Source of the DNA: Amoeboradix gromovi X-113
Lineage: Eukaryota; Fungi; Sanchytriomycota
Direction of reading: 5' to 3'
Length of the DNA stretch: 32,000 nucleotides
Assembly (NCBI GenBank): GCA_018985225.1
Contig: JADGIF010000001.1
Location: 63,617 to 95,616, forward strand
Shown here: one piece after another, positions 19,184-27,818 of the stretch
Position numbering within the stretch: position 1 is the stretch's first letter
Layout: each line of letters starts with the position of its first letter
Notes under the pieces: generated by a model
Databases searched by the model: none
What the model saw: the letters and a program-made list of their open reading frames with translations, nothing else
Told to the model about the DNA's origin: nothing
Program-made: the position numbers and the translations under genes

Positions 19184-19668
19184 TGAGATCTCCATGAGTC
19201 GCAGTCAAATATTATAATAAACACGTTAATTTGAAGAAAAACTCATTTGGATTTTCAAAAGAACAAGGCCCAGTGAAGCGTCGATGAATTCTAAAGAATT
19301 TCCACAGACAATCTAGATTTTCTATCTCACATGGTAATATTTTGCACTGCGTACTGAAAATACTTGCAATCCATTAAACATGACTTCGGCTACATAGCAG
19401 AACCAATTGTAGTGCAGTAGATCAATTGAACTGTTGATTAAATAGTGGTCATATTGTCAAAAATCTCGTCTACAGTTTGTGCATTCGTTAAAAGCGAAAA
19501 TTGTCTCGTGATCCACGAGTAATAAAATACGGTTAAAGTTTACAGTTGCTCACAAATTGTAGATTAAAAATGGCATAGCAGTTAAATGAATTTAGATATT
19601 ATTCCCGAGCCATTCTCAAAGATTAATTTACAGCACATTATTTAAGGGGTTTCGCAGCTGTATCTCAA
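19184..19668 (-). mobile_element. Possible highly decayed Fanzor1 relic
   Basis: Starts with ATA|TGAGATC like 18411; minus-strand fragments LLLVDHE...ECTNC, LVLLCS and AVQNI in Fanzor-like order; weak. Confidence 0.3.
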
Positions 19669-19674
19669 ACGTAA

Positions 19675-20331
19675 ATGAAGAGGTTCATTTCTCCATCAAT
19701 TTTGTCGAGCGATTTCAGCAGACTTTACGAAGAATGTTCGCTCTGTCTAGACAAGTCAAAATACATCCATCTTGATGTTATGGACAACCATTTTGTTCCT
19801 AACCTGACATTTGGTCCGCCAATTATAAAATGCCTAAAGAAAAGGTTAGAGCAGCAAACAAAGCCCTATTTTCTAGACTGCCATTTGATGGTAACCAATC
19901 CAGAATCAATTATACCTTTGTTGGAGGGACATGCGGACAGCATAACTTTTCATTGTGAGGTCTCAACTGATACTCTGAGTTTGATTGAACTGTGTCGCAA
20001 GCACGGATTAAAAGCCAGTATGGCTATTAAACCCGAAACTCAGTTATCCACCGACTTAATCAGTCTTTGCAAGTACTTAGATTCAGTTTTAATTATGACT
20101 GTTAACCCTGGCTTTGGTGGGCAGTCTATGATTATGGAATGCTTAGATAAGGTCAAAAAATTGCGAGCAGAATATCCTGAATTAGATATTCAAGTTGATG
20201 GCGGTATAAACGTTAAAACAATTTCAATGGCATCAAAAAGCGGTGCAAACAATTTCGTCGCAGGAAGTGCGATTTTTAAACACGAAAAAGGCATTCACTA
20301 TGCAATTGATGAATTAAATAAATTAATTTAA
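19675..20331 (+). CDS. RPE1: Ribulose-phosphate 3-epimerase
   Basis: ISPSILS, HLDVMDNHFVPN, DCHLMV, MTVNPGFGGQ, IQVDGG, VAGSAIF. Confidence 0.96.
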   Translation: MKRFISPSILSSDFSRLYEECSLCLDKSKYIHLDVMDNHFVPNLTFGPPIIKCLKKRLEQQTKPYFLDCHLMVTNPESIIPLLEGHADSITFHCEVSTDTLSLIELCRKHGLKASMAIKPETQLSTDLISLCKYLDSVLIMTVNPGFGGQSMIMECLDKVKKLRAEYPELDIQVDGGINVKTISMASKSGANNFVAGSAIFKHEKGIHYAIDELNKLI

Positions 20332-20344
20332 GTTTATTTAGGCA

Positions 20345-21052
20345 TTACGCATCTTCTATTAATGGTTCTATAAAGTATTCTACATAAACATTTTGTTCTT
20401 TTATGGGCAAAAGCATCTGCCATTGCAAAACACCATCTTCGTTTAGTCTAAGAGTAATCTTACTTGCTTTTTTTAGGGTATATTTGAGATTTGCAAACTT
20501 TTTGTACATGTACCGTAGAGAAAGCGATTCTTTCGGATATTGGAATCGAAACTTCTCCAAATTAGATAACGAAGAACTAATTCTGGCGCCCATGCTTGAT
20601 ATTACCTGAAAAGATAAAGACTTCTCGATTTTCAGTTCAACCACTCCATTCAGGATCGGAACTAAGAATATCGATTTTAATAAAGAAGAGGGTTGTATAA
20701 TGGTATCAAGTATTACTTGAGATGGATCCCAATAGGATAGGAAGTTCTGACCCTCCCACACAAGAGTCGGAATTTTAATCATGGCTTTCTCGTCGCTTAG
20801 AGTTAGTTCAGATTCCGTAAATCTAATTTCAATGTAGTCTTCGAACAGTTTGATGCCCTCTAAAAATGGTTTAGAGCTTATTATGATTGCAGTTGTACTA
20901 GGATTAAATTGAGTGAACAACTTTGAGGAAATGTACAAAAATGTGTCAAACGTACCTATTTTATATCCAGAATCAGACGCTGCAAGCGTTATGGAAGGAT
21001 TCTCTTTAAACATGTTTACATTGTCAAATGCGAATGCTGGTAAAATACTCAT
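20345..21052 (-). CDS. RAD1: 9-1-1 checkpoint clamp subunit Rad1 (yeast Rad17 family)
   Basis: PCNA-like size; FDNV, LF..F and C-terminal LKKASKITLRLNEDGVLQWQ...VYVEYFIEP typical of Rad1; ATG at 21052. Confidence 0.72.
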   Translation of the reverse strand: MSILPAFAFDNVNMFKENPSITLAASDSGYKIGTFDTFLYISSKLFTQFNPSTTAIIISSKPFLEGIKLFEDYIEIRFTESELTLSDEKAMIKIPTLVWEGQNFLSYWDPSQVILDTIIQPSSLLKSIFLVPILNGVVELKIEKSLSFQVISSMGARISSSLSNLEKFRFQYPKESLSLRYMYKKFANLKYTLKKASKITLRLNEDGVLQWQMLLPIKEQNVYVEYFIEPLIEDA

Positions 21053-21113
21053 TACAAACAACGGAGAACGTTATTTCATTTAAAAAAAGTTGCTTCATCA
21101 GAATGAATATTCT

Positions 21114-21201
21114 CGCCTACGTTAAATGTGAAGCTCTCAAATTACTTCGAGATCCCACACTCCTTCAGTGTAGACAACTTGGGTAAGTGCCATTTAAGCA
21201 T
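21114..21201 (-). ncRNA. Putative omegaRNA scaffold (copy B)
   Basis: 88 nt identical to 6602-6689, directly downstream of the TnpB-like C-terminal fragment and ending at the element boundary. Confidence 0.6.
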
Positions 21202-21423
21202 ATTTTTCCCTACATTAATAAAATAATACCTGGATTAATATCTCTACGATCTTCGTGACCACACGCATTACATTTGCTTTTCATTCTTCATCAACAGTTG
21301 CGTTCCAATGAGAGGTCGCTAAAATCCTTTAAATGGTGTTATTCGTATTACTAAATATTTTATAAAATACGCCAATAAAATTGAAGAGAACTATGATTTA
21401 TTTAAGAAATTCACATTTGGGTT
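21114..21423 (-). mobile_element. Non-autonomous Fanzor2/TnpB-type element, copy B (retains Zn-ribbon/RuvC-III fragment and omegaRNA-like end)
   Basis: Inverted duplicate of 6404-6689. On the minus strand it is preceded by AACCG and flanked by AG (extendable to CGAGAA) on both sides. The unique middle (21202-21275) reads in frame MKS-KCNACGHEDRRDINPGIILLM*. Confidence 0.85.
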
Positions 21424-21510
21424 CTCGGTTAACATAACGAAATTCTTTTTTGGCAGAATGTTATCGGACTTCGTATGAGTTTATGAAGTAACAAATTTTA
21501 GGCTCTAGAA

Positions 21511-21583
21511 GGGCTTGTGGATTAATGGTTATATCGTCTGACTTCGAATCAGAATGCTCGGGGTTCGAATCCCTGCTGGCCCT
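21511..21583 (+). tRNA. tRNA-Arg (anticodon TCG)
   Basis: Cloverleaf: acceptor GGGCTTG/CTGGCCC, anticodon stem TCTGA/TCAGA with loop CTTCGAA (TCG at 21544-46), T-loop GGTTCGAATCC, followed by TTTT. Confidence 0.92.
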
Positions 21584-21613
21584 TTTGAGGATCCATTTTA
21601 TAATTATTGATAT

Positions 21614-22069
21614 TTATTTTGCTTGGCTTTCTTTTTTCTTTTCCTTCTTTTTGATTTCAATCAATAGATCAGGTCCAAGGGCTTCTTTCAAAATGTCTTC
21701 AATTTCATATGTGAGATCACCTTGTACTACGATTTCATTTGAATTCGCGCTGGTAGAACATGCGAATTGCTTTGCTAACGTTTTTGCGAATGCCTTCATA
21801 TCTATTTCGTGTGCTTCCAGTCCAGCAATAGAAGTTATATGCTTTTTTTTGCTTCTTGACGTTATTGTAACTACAATTTGTCCACCACCCTTTATCTTTT
21901 CAGTTTTAACCTTCTTTGGTTTCTTATATTCCTGAGAAAGAGATTCCTCAATATCAGGATGTTCAACTTTCCAGAATTCTATACATTTATCAGTTTTGTA
22001 GCAATACTCTAATGGAAGGGTGCAATGAATGCAATAAATTGGAACTATCTCTCGAACTTCAAATTCCAT
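21614..22069 (-). CDS. TMA22: Translation reinitiation factor DENR/Tma22 (SUI1 domain)
   Basis: YCIHCTLPLEYC, RSKKKHIT.I.GLE, FACSTS, EIVVQGD; likely ATG at 22069. Confidence 0.9.
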   Translation of the reverse strand: MEFEVREIVPIYCIHCTLPLEYCYKTDKCIEFWKVEHPDIEESLSQEYKKPKKVKTEKIKGGGQIVVTITSRSKKKHITSIAGLEAHEIDMKAFAKTLAKQFACSTSANSNEIVVQGDLTYEIEDILKEALGPDLLIEIKKKEKKKESQAK

Positions 22070-22101
22070 TTTGTCTTGCTTCAAAAAGCGACCCTTGAAA
22101 A

Positions 22102-23343
22102 ATGGAGAAATGTGTTGGTTGTGGAGCAATTTTACAGACCAATTTGCCAGGTATTGCGGGATACCTTCCCCCGATTAAAGAAGAGAAAAGCTGTATTGTT
22201 TGCGAGAGGTGCCACAAACTGAAAAATCAAAATGTCATGATCTCCGAGATACCGAATTTCTCTGAAAGCGAAATTGGAATTCCCAAGGATTCATTGCATA
22301 TTGTTCTGTTTGATCTTATCAGCTATCCCAAATCAATTTGCAATTATAAATTTTTAAACTCAAAGAACATTTGGCTGGTAGGTACAAAATTAGATCTTCT
22401 GCCAAAATCTGTAAACTGTAACATTATCAGTGAAAACGTAAATAAAGACTTTCCAGATGTATTAGGACATAGCCTAGTGAGCTCAAAAACTAGCCAAGGA
22501 ATGAATCAACTTATTAACAGCTTAAAAAGAGAAAGAAGAAGATTGAATCTGACACATTTCTCTTTGTTAGGATTTACTAACTCAGGAAAGACCAGTTTAA
22601 TGAACAGGTTACTAAAAATGTCTCAGCTCTCGAGTACTAAGAATAGAACGGGAACCGATCTCACATATTCAAGTTATCCAGGTACAACGGTTGGAAACAT
22701 TGAATTTCCTTTAAAGAAAATGGCAATTTTTAACAATCCTACAACTGGAAAACTCGTAGATACACCAGGAATGTTTGACCGAGATTCCAACTATAACTTG
22801 TTGAATCACAAGGAAATATTTTCTTTGTCGCAACAAAAAGACTCTTTTAATTCCAAATCTTTTTTTGTACCAAAATACTACCAGAAGTCGCTTTTCATTG
22901 GTGGACTAGCTAGAATAGATATTTTGGACATCAAAGAAGATCCTTTAAATCTCGTTTGGTTCGGTACTAATCGCCTAAATCCACACTTTGTAAATTTCGA
23001 TAAAGCAGATTATTTTTGGAATCGATATATTAACAAAATTATAAAAAATCATGGGCCACCATACGATCCCAGTAGCTTATCTCCTCTTAGAATAGTAGAC
23101 GAATTCACCATTGAAGGAGATAAAAAGACGACCTTAAAAGAAATCGTGTTGAAAAATTTTGGATGGTTTAACATAATAAAACAGTGCGGATCTGCCACCA
23201 TTCGTCTCCATTCTACTCTTCCGAAATCTTTATATACAAGACACCCGTTTGTTAAATCATACGATTACCGAGGAGTGTATGCAAAAACTCATAGATTCTT
23301 TGGTAATCATGTATTGAAGAGTAAAAGATTCGTTAAATTGTAA
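22102..23343 (+). CDS. GEP3: Circularly permuted GTPase, YqeH/NOA1/Gep3 family
   Basis: Zn finger CVGCG...CERC, G4 TKLD, G1 GFTNSGKT, G2 PGTT, G3 DTPG, SLFIGGLARID. Confidence 0.85.
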   Translation: MEKCVGCGAILQTNLPGIAGYLPPIKEEKSCIVCERCHKLKNQNVMISEIPNFSESEIGIPKDSLHIVLFDLISYPKSICNYKFLNSKNIWLVGTKLDLLPKSVNCNIISENVNKDFPDVLGHSLVSSKTSQGMNQLINSLKRERRRLNLTHFSLLGFTNSGKTSLMNRLLKMSQLSSTKNRTGTDLTYSSYPGTTVGNIEFPLKKMAIFNNPTTGKLVDTPGMFDRDSNYNLLNHKEIFSLSQQKDSFNSKSFFVPKYYQKSLFIGGLARIDILDIKEDPLNLVWFGTNRLNPHFVNFDKADYFWNRYINKIIKNHGPPYDPSSLSPLRIVDEFTIEGDKKTTLKEIVLKNFGWFNIIKQCGSATIRLHSTLPKSLYTRHPFVKSYDYRGVYAKTHRFFGNHVLKSKRFVKL

Positions 23344-23346
23344 TAT

Positions 23347-24069
23347 TTATTCTGCAAGTCTTTTTTCCAAATCTTCTTCCTTCAATAAACGATACCCATC
23401 TTTATCAACAATCCCAACTTGAATGTTAACTTTGCTAATTTTCTCTTCCATAACTTGCTTTAAAATCTTCAAAGCTAGTTTTAATGCATCTTCAGTAGAT
23501 AAATTCTCTTTATATTGTTCTACTAACTCTACTTGCGCAGCTTCCCCCGCACTTCCAATAGCCTTAGCTTGATATTGCATATAAGTACCAGAAGGGTCAG
23601 TGACGTATAATTTAGGACCGGTTTCATCAAATCCAGCAAACAGTAATGCAACGCCATAAGGTCGTGCTGTACTTGTACCTTCACCAATGTCGCCGAATCG
23701 TAAAGCGACATCAGAGACACTTTGAGCCAGAGATTCAGTTTTAATCGGTTCATCGTATACAAATGTATGGTTTACAGCCGCTGCACGAGCATGTTGAACC
23801 AAAGTTTGTGCATCTCCAGTTAATCCTGAAGCAGCAACAGCAATATGTTTATCTACTTCAAACATCTTTTGAATAGAATCAGGTATCAATAATTTAGATG
23901 CTACTCTTCTTTCGACTGCTAAAATTACTCCATCTTTGGCTTGAATTCCAAGTGCAGTTGAACCGAGTTTGATAGCCTCAATAGCATACTCTACTTGAAA
24001 AAGTCTACCCTCAGGGCTGAATGTATTTACACCTCTGTCGTATTCGCTTGATGGGTTTGCCAAAAACAT
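23347..24069 (-). CDS. PUP2: 20S proteasome subunit alpha type-5
   Basis: SEYDRGVNTFSPEGRLFQVEYAIEAIKLGST, RPYGVALL, ILKQVMEEK. Confidence 0.96.
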   Translation of the reverse strand: MFLANPSSEYDRGVNTFSPEGRLFQVEYAIEAIKLGSTALGIQAKDGVILAVERRVASKLLIPDSIQKMFEVDKHIAVAASGLTGDAQTLVQHARAAAVNHTFVYDEPIKTESLAQSVSDVALRFGDIGEGTSTARPYGVALLFAGFDETGPKLYVTDPSGTYMQYQAKAIGSAGEAAQVELVEQYKENLSTEDALKLALKILKQVMEEKISKVNIQVGIVDKDGYRLLKEEDLEKRLAE

Positions 24070-24219
24070 TTGTTACACATTCCCCAAATAAAATTATTCT
24101 TCCCAAATAATATGTCTTATTATTACGAAAAGTCATACATATAAGAGAGGCAGCTTTTATTGATTTAAATCTAGGATTGTTTAATTTGATTCTAGAACAA
24201 TTTCCCTGAAACCGTCAAA

Positions 24220-25281
24220 ATGAGTCAAGAAAGTGAAGCTATGAAATGTCTTACCCTAGCTAAAAGAAAATATGTCCAAAATGATGTAGAAGGTGCTATA
24301 AGACTAGCTAAAAAAGCTAAAAGAATGGATTCCAGCTTGGAAATTGACAACCTAATAAATGCGTGGTCCAAAGAAATCCCTGTAGAGATTGAATTGACTA
24401 AAAAGCAAGAAGAACTACTAAACCGAATTTTGAATACTGACCCTGCGAAATTTTATGATATCTTAGAGCTGGAAAAGAGTTGTACCGAAGTTGAAATTAA
24501 AAAGTCTTATCGTAAGCTAGCTCTGCATTTGCATCCAGACAAATGTCCCCATCCTAAAGCGAAAGATGCTTTTCTAATCGTTTCAAAAGCTTTTGACGTA
24601 CTTTGCGACCCAGATAAAAAGAGAATGTTCGACATGAATGGTTTAGACCCAGATGATAGGAGTTCACAGTCTTCTAGATATCAGAGGTCTCAGAACATGA
24701 GAGATACTTTTAATATGGATGACATTCTAGCAGAACAGATATTTGCGCAGTTTTTTGGTATGCAAAGTGGATTTCAGCAATTTCATAATGTTCCTCGAAG
24801 AAGACATCAGACTTTTCATTACTCCAATCCTCCGAATAGAAATAGAGCAAGGGAGAATGATGATGGATCGATACTTAGGATGTTAATCCAATGCGCACCA
24901 CTAATTTTATTTATTGCACTGAGTGTCCTACCAAGCCTGATGAAGGTCTCTAATCCGCATGTTTCCTTGAATCCGGTTATGGGGTTTAGCCAGTATACGA
25001 CTAGATTACGATTCAATTATTACGCCTCAGAACAGGACATTAATAGATTTGTACAGCAGGGTGGTGATATTGATAAATTTGAGAATGAGCTAGATAAGGA
25101 TATTGTAAATAAGTACAGGCAGAGATGTCTTCATGAAAGAGATTATAGATCGCAGCAAATATCAATGGCATCAAATACTTGGTTTGGGCTCAAAACTGCT
25201 GATGAAGCTGCCATTTCCAAAGCAAAAGATATTAAAATGCCGTCATGTACAGAACTGAATAAAAGAGGAATAAATTATTAA
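24220..25281 (+). CDS. HLJ1: ER membrane J-domain chaperone (Hlj1/DNAJB12/14 with DUF1977)
   Basis: J-domain FYDIL...IKKSYRKLAL.LHPDK, G/F-rich region, one TM helix, luminal C..E...MPSC domain. Confidence 0.88.
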   Translation: MSQESEAMKCLTLAKRKYVQNDVEGAIRLAKKAKRMDSSLEIDNLINAWSKEIPVEIELTKKQEELLNRILNTDPAKFYDILELEKSCTEVEIKKSYRKLALHLHPDKCPHPKAKDAFLIVSKAFDVLCDPDKKRMFDMNGLDPDDRSSQSSRYQRSQNMRDTFNMDDILAEQIFAQFFGMQSGFQQFHNVPRRRHQTFHYSNPPNRNRARENDDGSILRMLIQCAPLILFIALSVLPSLMKVSNPHVSLNPVMGFSQYTTRLRFNYYASEQDINRFVQQGGDIDKFENELDKDIVNKYRQRCLHERDYRSQQISMASNTWFGLKTADEAAISKAKDIKMPSCTELNKRGINY

Positions 25282-25298
25282 TTGGTTTTATTAAAATA

Positions 25299-26555
25299 TG
25301 CGATCTAGTGACAAGCTGTATAATCCTACAGATTCAATGAGAGAACGGCCTTTCCCTTTGGATGGTTGTTCTAATTGACTTATGGAATGGGTGCCCCTCA
25401 AGGATTAGGTTCTTTAAATCCACTTGTTTGTCGTAGGCTTTTCTTCGGTATACCAATAAATTTACAACTAGCTTTGTTTTAGATGTACTCATATTGGTAG
25501 GGTATCACAAGCAAGCTTCATTATAAATAACACCAAACTTAACCATTCCAAGTACTTCAGCCATGATTACCTGAAAGTCAAATGTTCAAAGTAATGAAAA
25601 ACTAGATCATTGACAAAACGATACAGCTTTCAAAAGATTCGAGTCCGCATGTGAGCTCTTATTATTGTTCTTCATCAAAGACTTCAAGAAAAATTAAGCA
25701 TAATCAAACAAAGGTTCTCAATGCATACTGATATCAGCAAGCCTAATTTGGTAGAAGTATATGCGATTATAGTATTCTTGGTTACTAGAAAGGCTGATTT
25801 GATGTGGGTTATTACTCAACAAAAGACTGATACTGAATCGCCGATTGGTTGACTAGATCATGGCTGCCCTCAGTAAAGTTGCTTTTATAAAGCCAGTAAA
25901 CGATAGGTATAGAAATTTTGCTCTGGGTAAGGTATTAGTGACAAATATGAAATACAATGAGAGATAAAAGGAACACAACATGTCGAGAAAGTGAATGAAT
26001 GTAATTAAGTGATTGCTATGGTGATGCAAGCTATTAGTGCGACAGATAGGGCCATTGTCTCACCTTGGATAAGTAACTTGTGTATGTACTTGGTATATGG
26101 ATGTTATTTTTACTTATCTCTGACTTCTGAACATCCAAAAACTGCTATGAGCATGGTGACATATTTAGATCATTCATCGATCTTTTAGAGGTTCAAGGTT
26201 GCGCCAGTCTATCCACTGCAATGTAGTTGTGGGTCAAGATGTGAATGCAAGTTATAAAAATCTTCAACTAACAGAAGTTCTGGCAAGATAGCGGTGTTTG
26301 GCCTGAATGGCAAGGAAGTATCAGTAAGGAGAGTTCCGTAGTGCTTTATGTAATGGAAGATAGAATATCTTAGAAAATGAGATCTGCTATTTTTAGACAT
26401 GTTTTCAAATTTGTTTGGTTATTGTTAAGTGTCCCATATTAAGTAACAGGGTCGCAATCAACAATTCCGAGTATTTGACATCTAAGATGTTTTCCATTAT
26501 GAAAAAGTTAAATATTCTGTGTAAACACCAATTCTTTGTGTCACTTTTGTGCTCA
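25299..26555 (+). pseudogene. Decayed Fanzor1 nuclease gene/transposon
   Basis: In order: LDH*QND (~25602, cf. DPG), VI(A)YGDAS (26009-31), SDF*TSKNCYEHG (26119-57, cf. dEfrTSK.C..C), HCNVVVGQDVNAS (26214-52, cf. C...nRDVNAS). Begins ATA|TGCGATC; boundaries approximate. Confidence 0.75.
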
Positions 26556-26596
26556 AAGGTTAATTGTGTAATCCATTTGGGTACCTAATTATAGGG

Positions 26597-27805
26597 ATGA
26601 AACCGGTATTAAATTCAGACAATAAATCGGGGATTGTAAATGCTATATTTCTTATGACTAAAGCATTTATAGGTACCGGTGTATTGTTTTTGTGCAAGGC
26701 TTTTGCTAATGGTGGACTACTTGGAAGTTTAATGTTATTGTTAGTGATTGCAATATTTAGCATGATTGGAATGTGGTTTTTATTTAAATCATCATTAGGG
26801 ACACCCGGGACTTATCAAGATATTGCGGGAGCACTTTATGGCAAATCATTCAAAACACTAGTAATGGCATCGTTGGTAATGTGCCAATCGGGATTTATTA
26901 TGGTCTACTTTTTGTTCGTAGCATCAAATGTGCAGGATCTTGTTTCTACCCTAAGCAACTGCAAATACGAAATCGATAATAAGCCAGTTTTAATTACAAT
27001 GCAGTTAATTATATACATACCTTTAGTGTTGATACGAAGGATTCAAAGTTTAACAAAATTTGCAGTTTTAGCGAACATTCTTATGCTAGTAGGTGTTGTG
27101 TTTGTTATATACAGCTCTTTAGTGAAACTCGTTACAGAACCAGTGAACATCAAATTGTTTAATAACTTGTCTGACACTTCCTTATTTCTTGGTACAGCTA
27201 TTTTTACTTTCGAAGGGTTTGGATTGGTTATTCCTATTTCGCAATCTATGAAGGACCCTCGCCAATTTAATGGTGTATTAATCTCCACAATTGCTCTTGT
27301 ATCCGCGTTGTATTTAACTATAGGAGCCATAGGTTACTCCGCCTATGGTGTAGATACACAAACTAATATATTGTTAAATATGCCTAATAACATTCCTCTA
27401 AAGATTGTGCAATTTTGTTACGTTATCGCTGTCATGCTGAGTTTTCCGCTACAGTTATTTCCCGCGATTGAGATTCTGGAAATGCCGTTCTTTTCTGATA
27501 AACCTAATGAAACATATCGCAGCGTATATCGTGCTGCTATAACTGCAGTGGCGGCTTTAGGTGCATACTTAGGTGCCAATTCGCTTGATGTATTTACTTC
27601 TTTTATCGGTGCATTTTGCGGAATGCCAGTAGGTTTTATATATCCACCGATGTTGTATCTTCGAAGCTGTGCTAGAACTAGGCTTGAAAAGACTTTTTGT
27701 TGCCTTTATATTGTTTTTGGTATTTTGGCAACAATATTTGCATCTTCGATGGCATTCCACAAGTTAATTTATGCCGAAGAAGAATTTCAACTAAGCCACT
27801 GTTGA
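26597..27805 (+). CDS. AVT3: AAAP-family vacuolar amino acid transporter (Avt3/Avt4-like)
   Basis: KAFIGTGVLFL.KAF.NGG, GTAIFTFEG.GLVIPI, SFPLQLFPAI; ~11 TM helices; ATG at 26597. Confidence 0.88.
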   Translation: MKPVLNSDNKSGIVNAIFLMTKAFIGTGVLFLCKAFANGGLLGSLMLLLVIAIFSMIGMWFLFKSSLGTPGTYQDIAGALYGKSFKTLVMASLVMCQSGFIMVYFLFVASNVQDLVSTLSNCKYEIDNKPVLITMQLIIYIPLVLIRRIQSLTKFAVLANILMLVGVVFVIYSSLVKLVTEPVNIKLFNNLSDTSLFLGTAIFTFEGFGLVIPISQSMKDPRQFNGVLISTIALVSALYLTIGAIGYSAYGVDTQTNILLNMPNNIPLKIVQFCYVIAVMLSFPLQLFPAIEILEMPFFSDKPNETYRSVYRAAITAVAALGAYLGANSLDVFTSFIGAFCGMPVGFIYPPMLYLRSCARTRLEKTFCCLYIVFGILATIFASSMAFHKLIYAEEEFQLSHC

Positions 27806-27818
27806 CTAAATAAATTAT

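Noticed and set aside
6404-21423. The inverted pair as ends of one 15-kb composite transposon or inversion
   Set aside because: Each copy has its own, different flanking duplication and a restorable empty site, so they are independent insertions
21525-21935. 136-aa plus-strand ORF
   Set aside because: Overlaps the tRNA-Arg and is antisense to TMA22; shadow ORF
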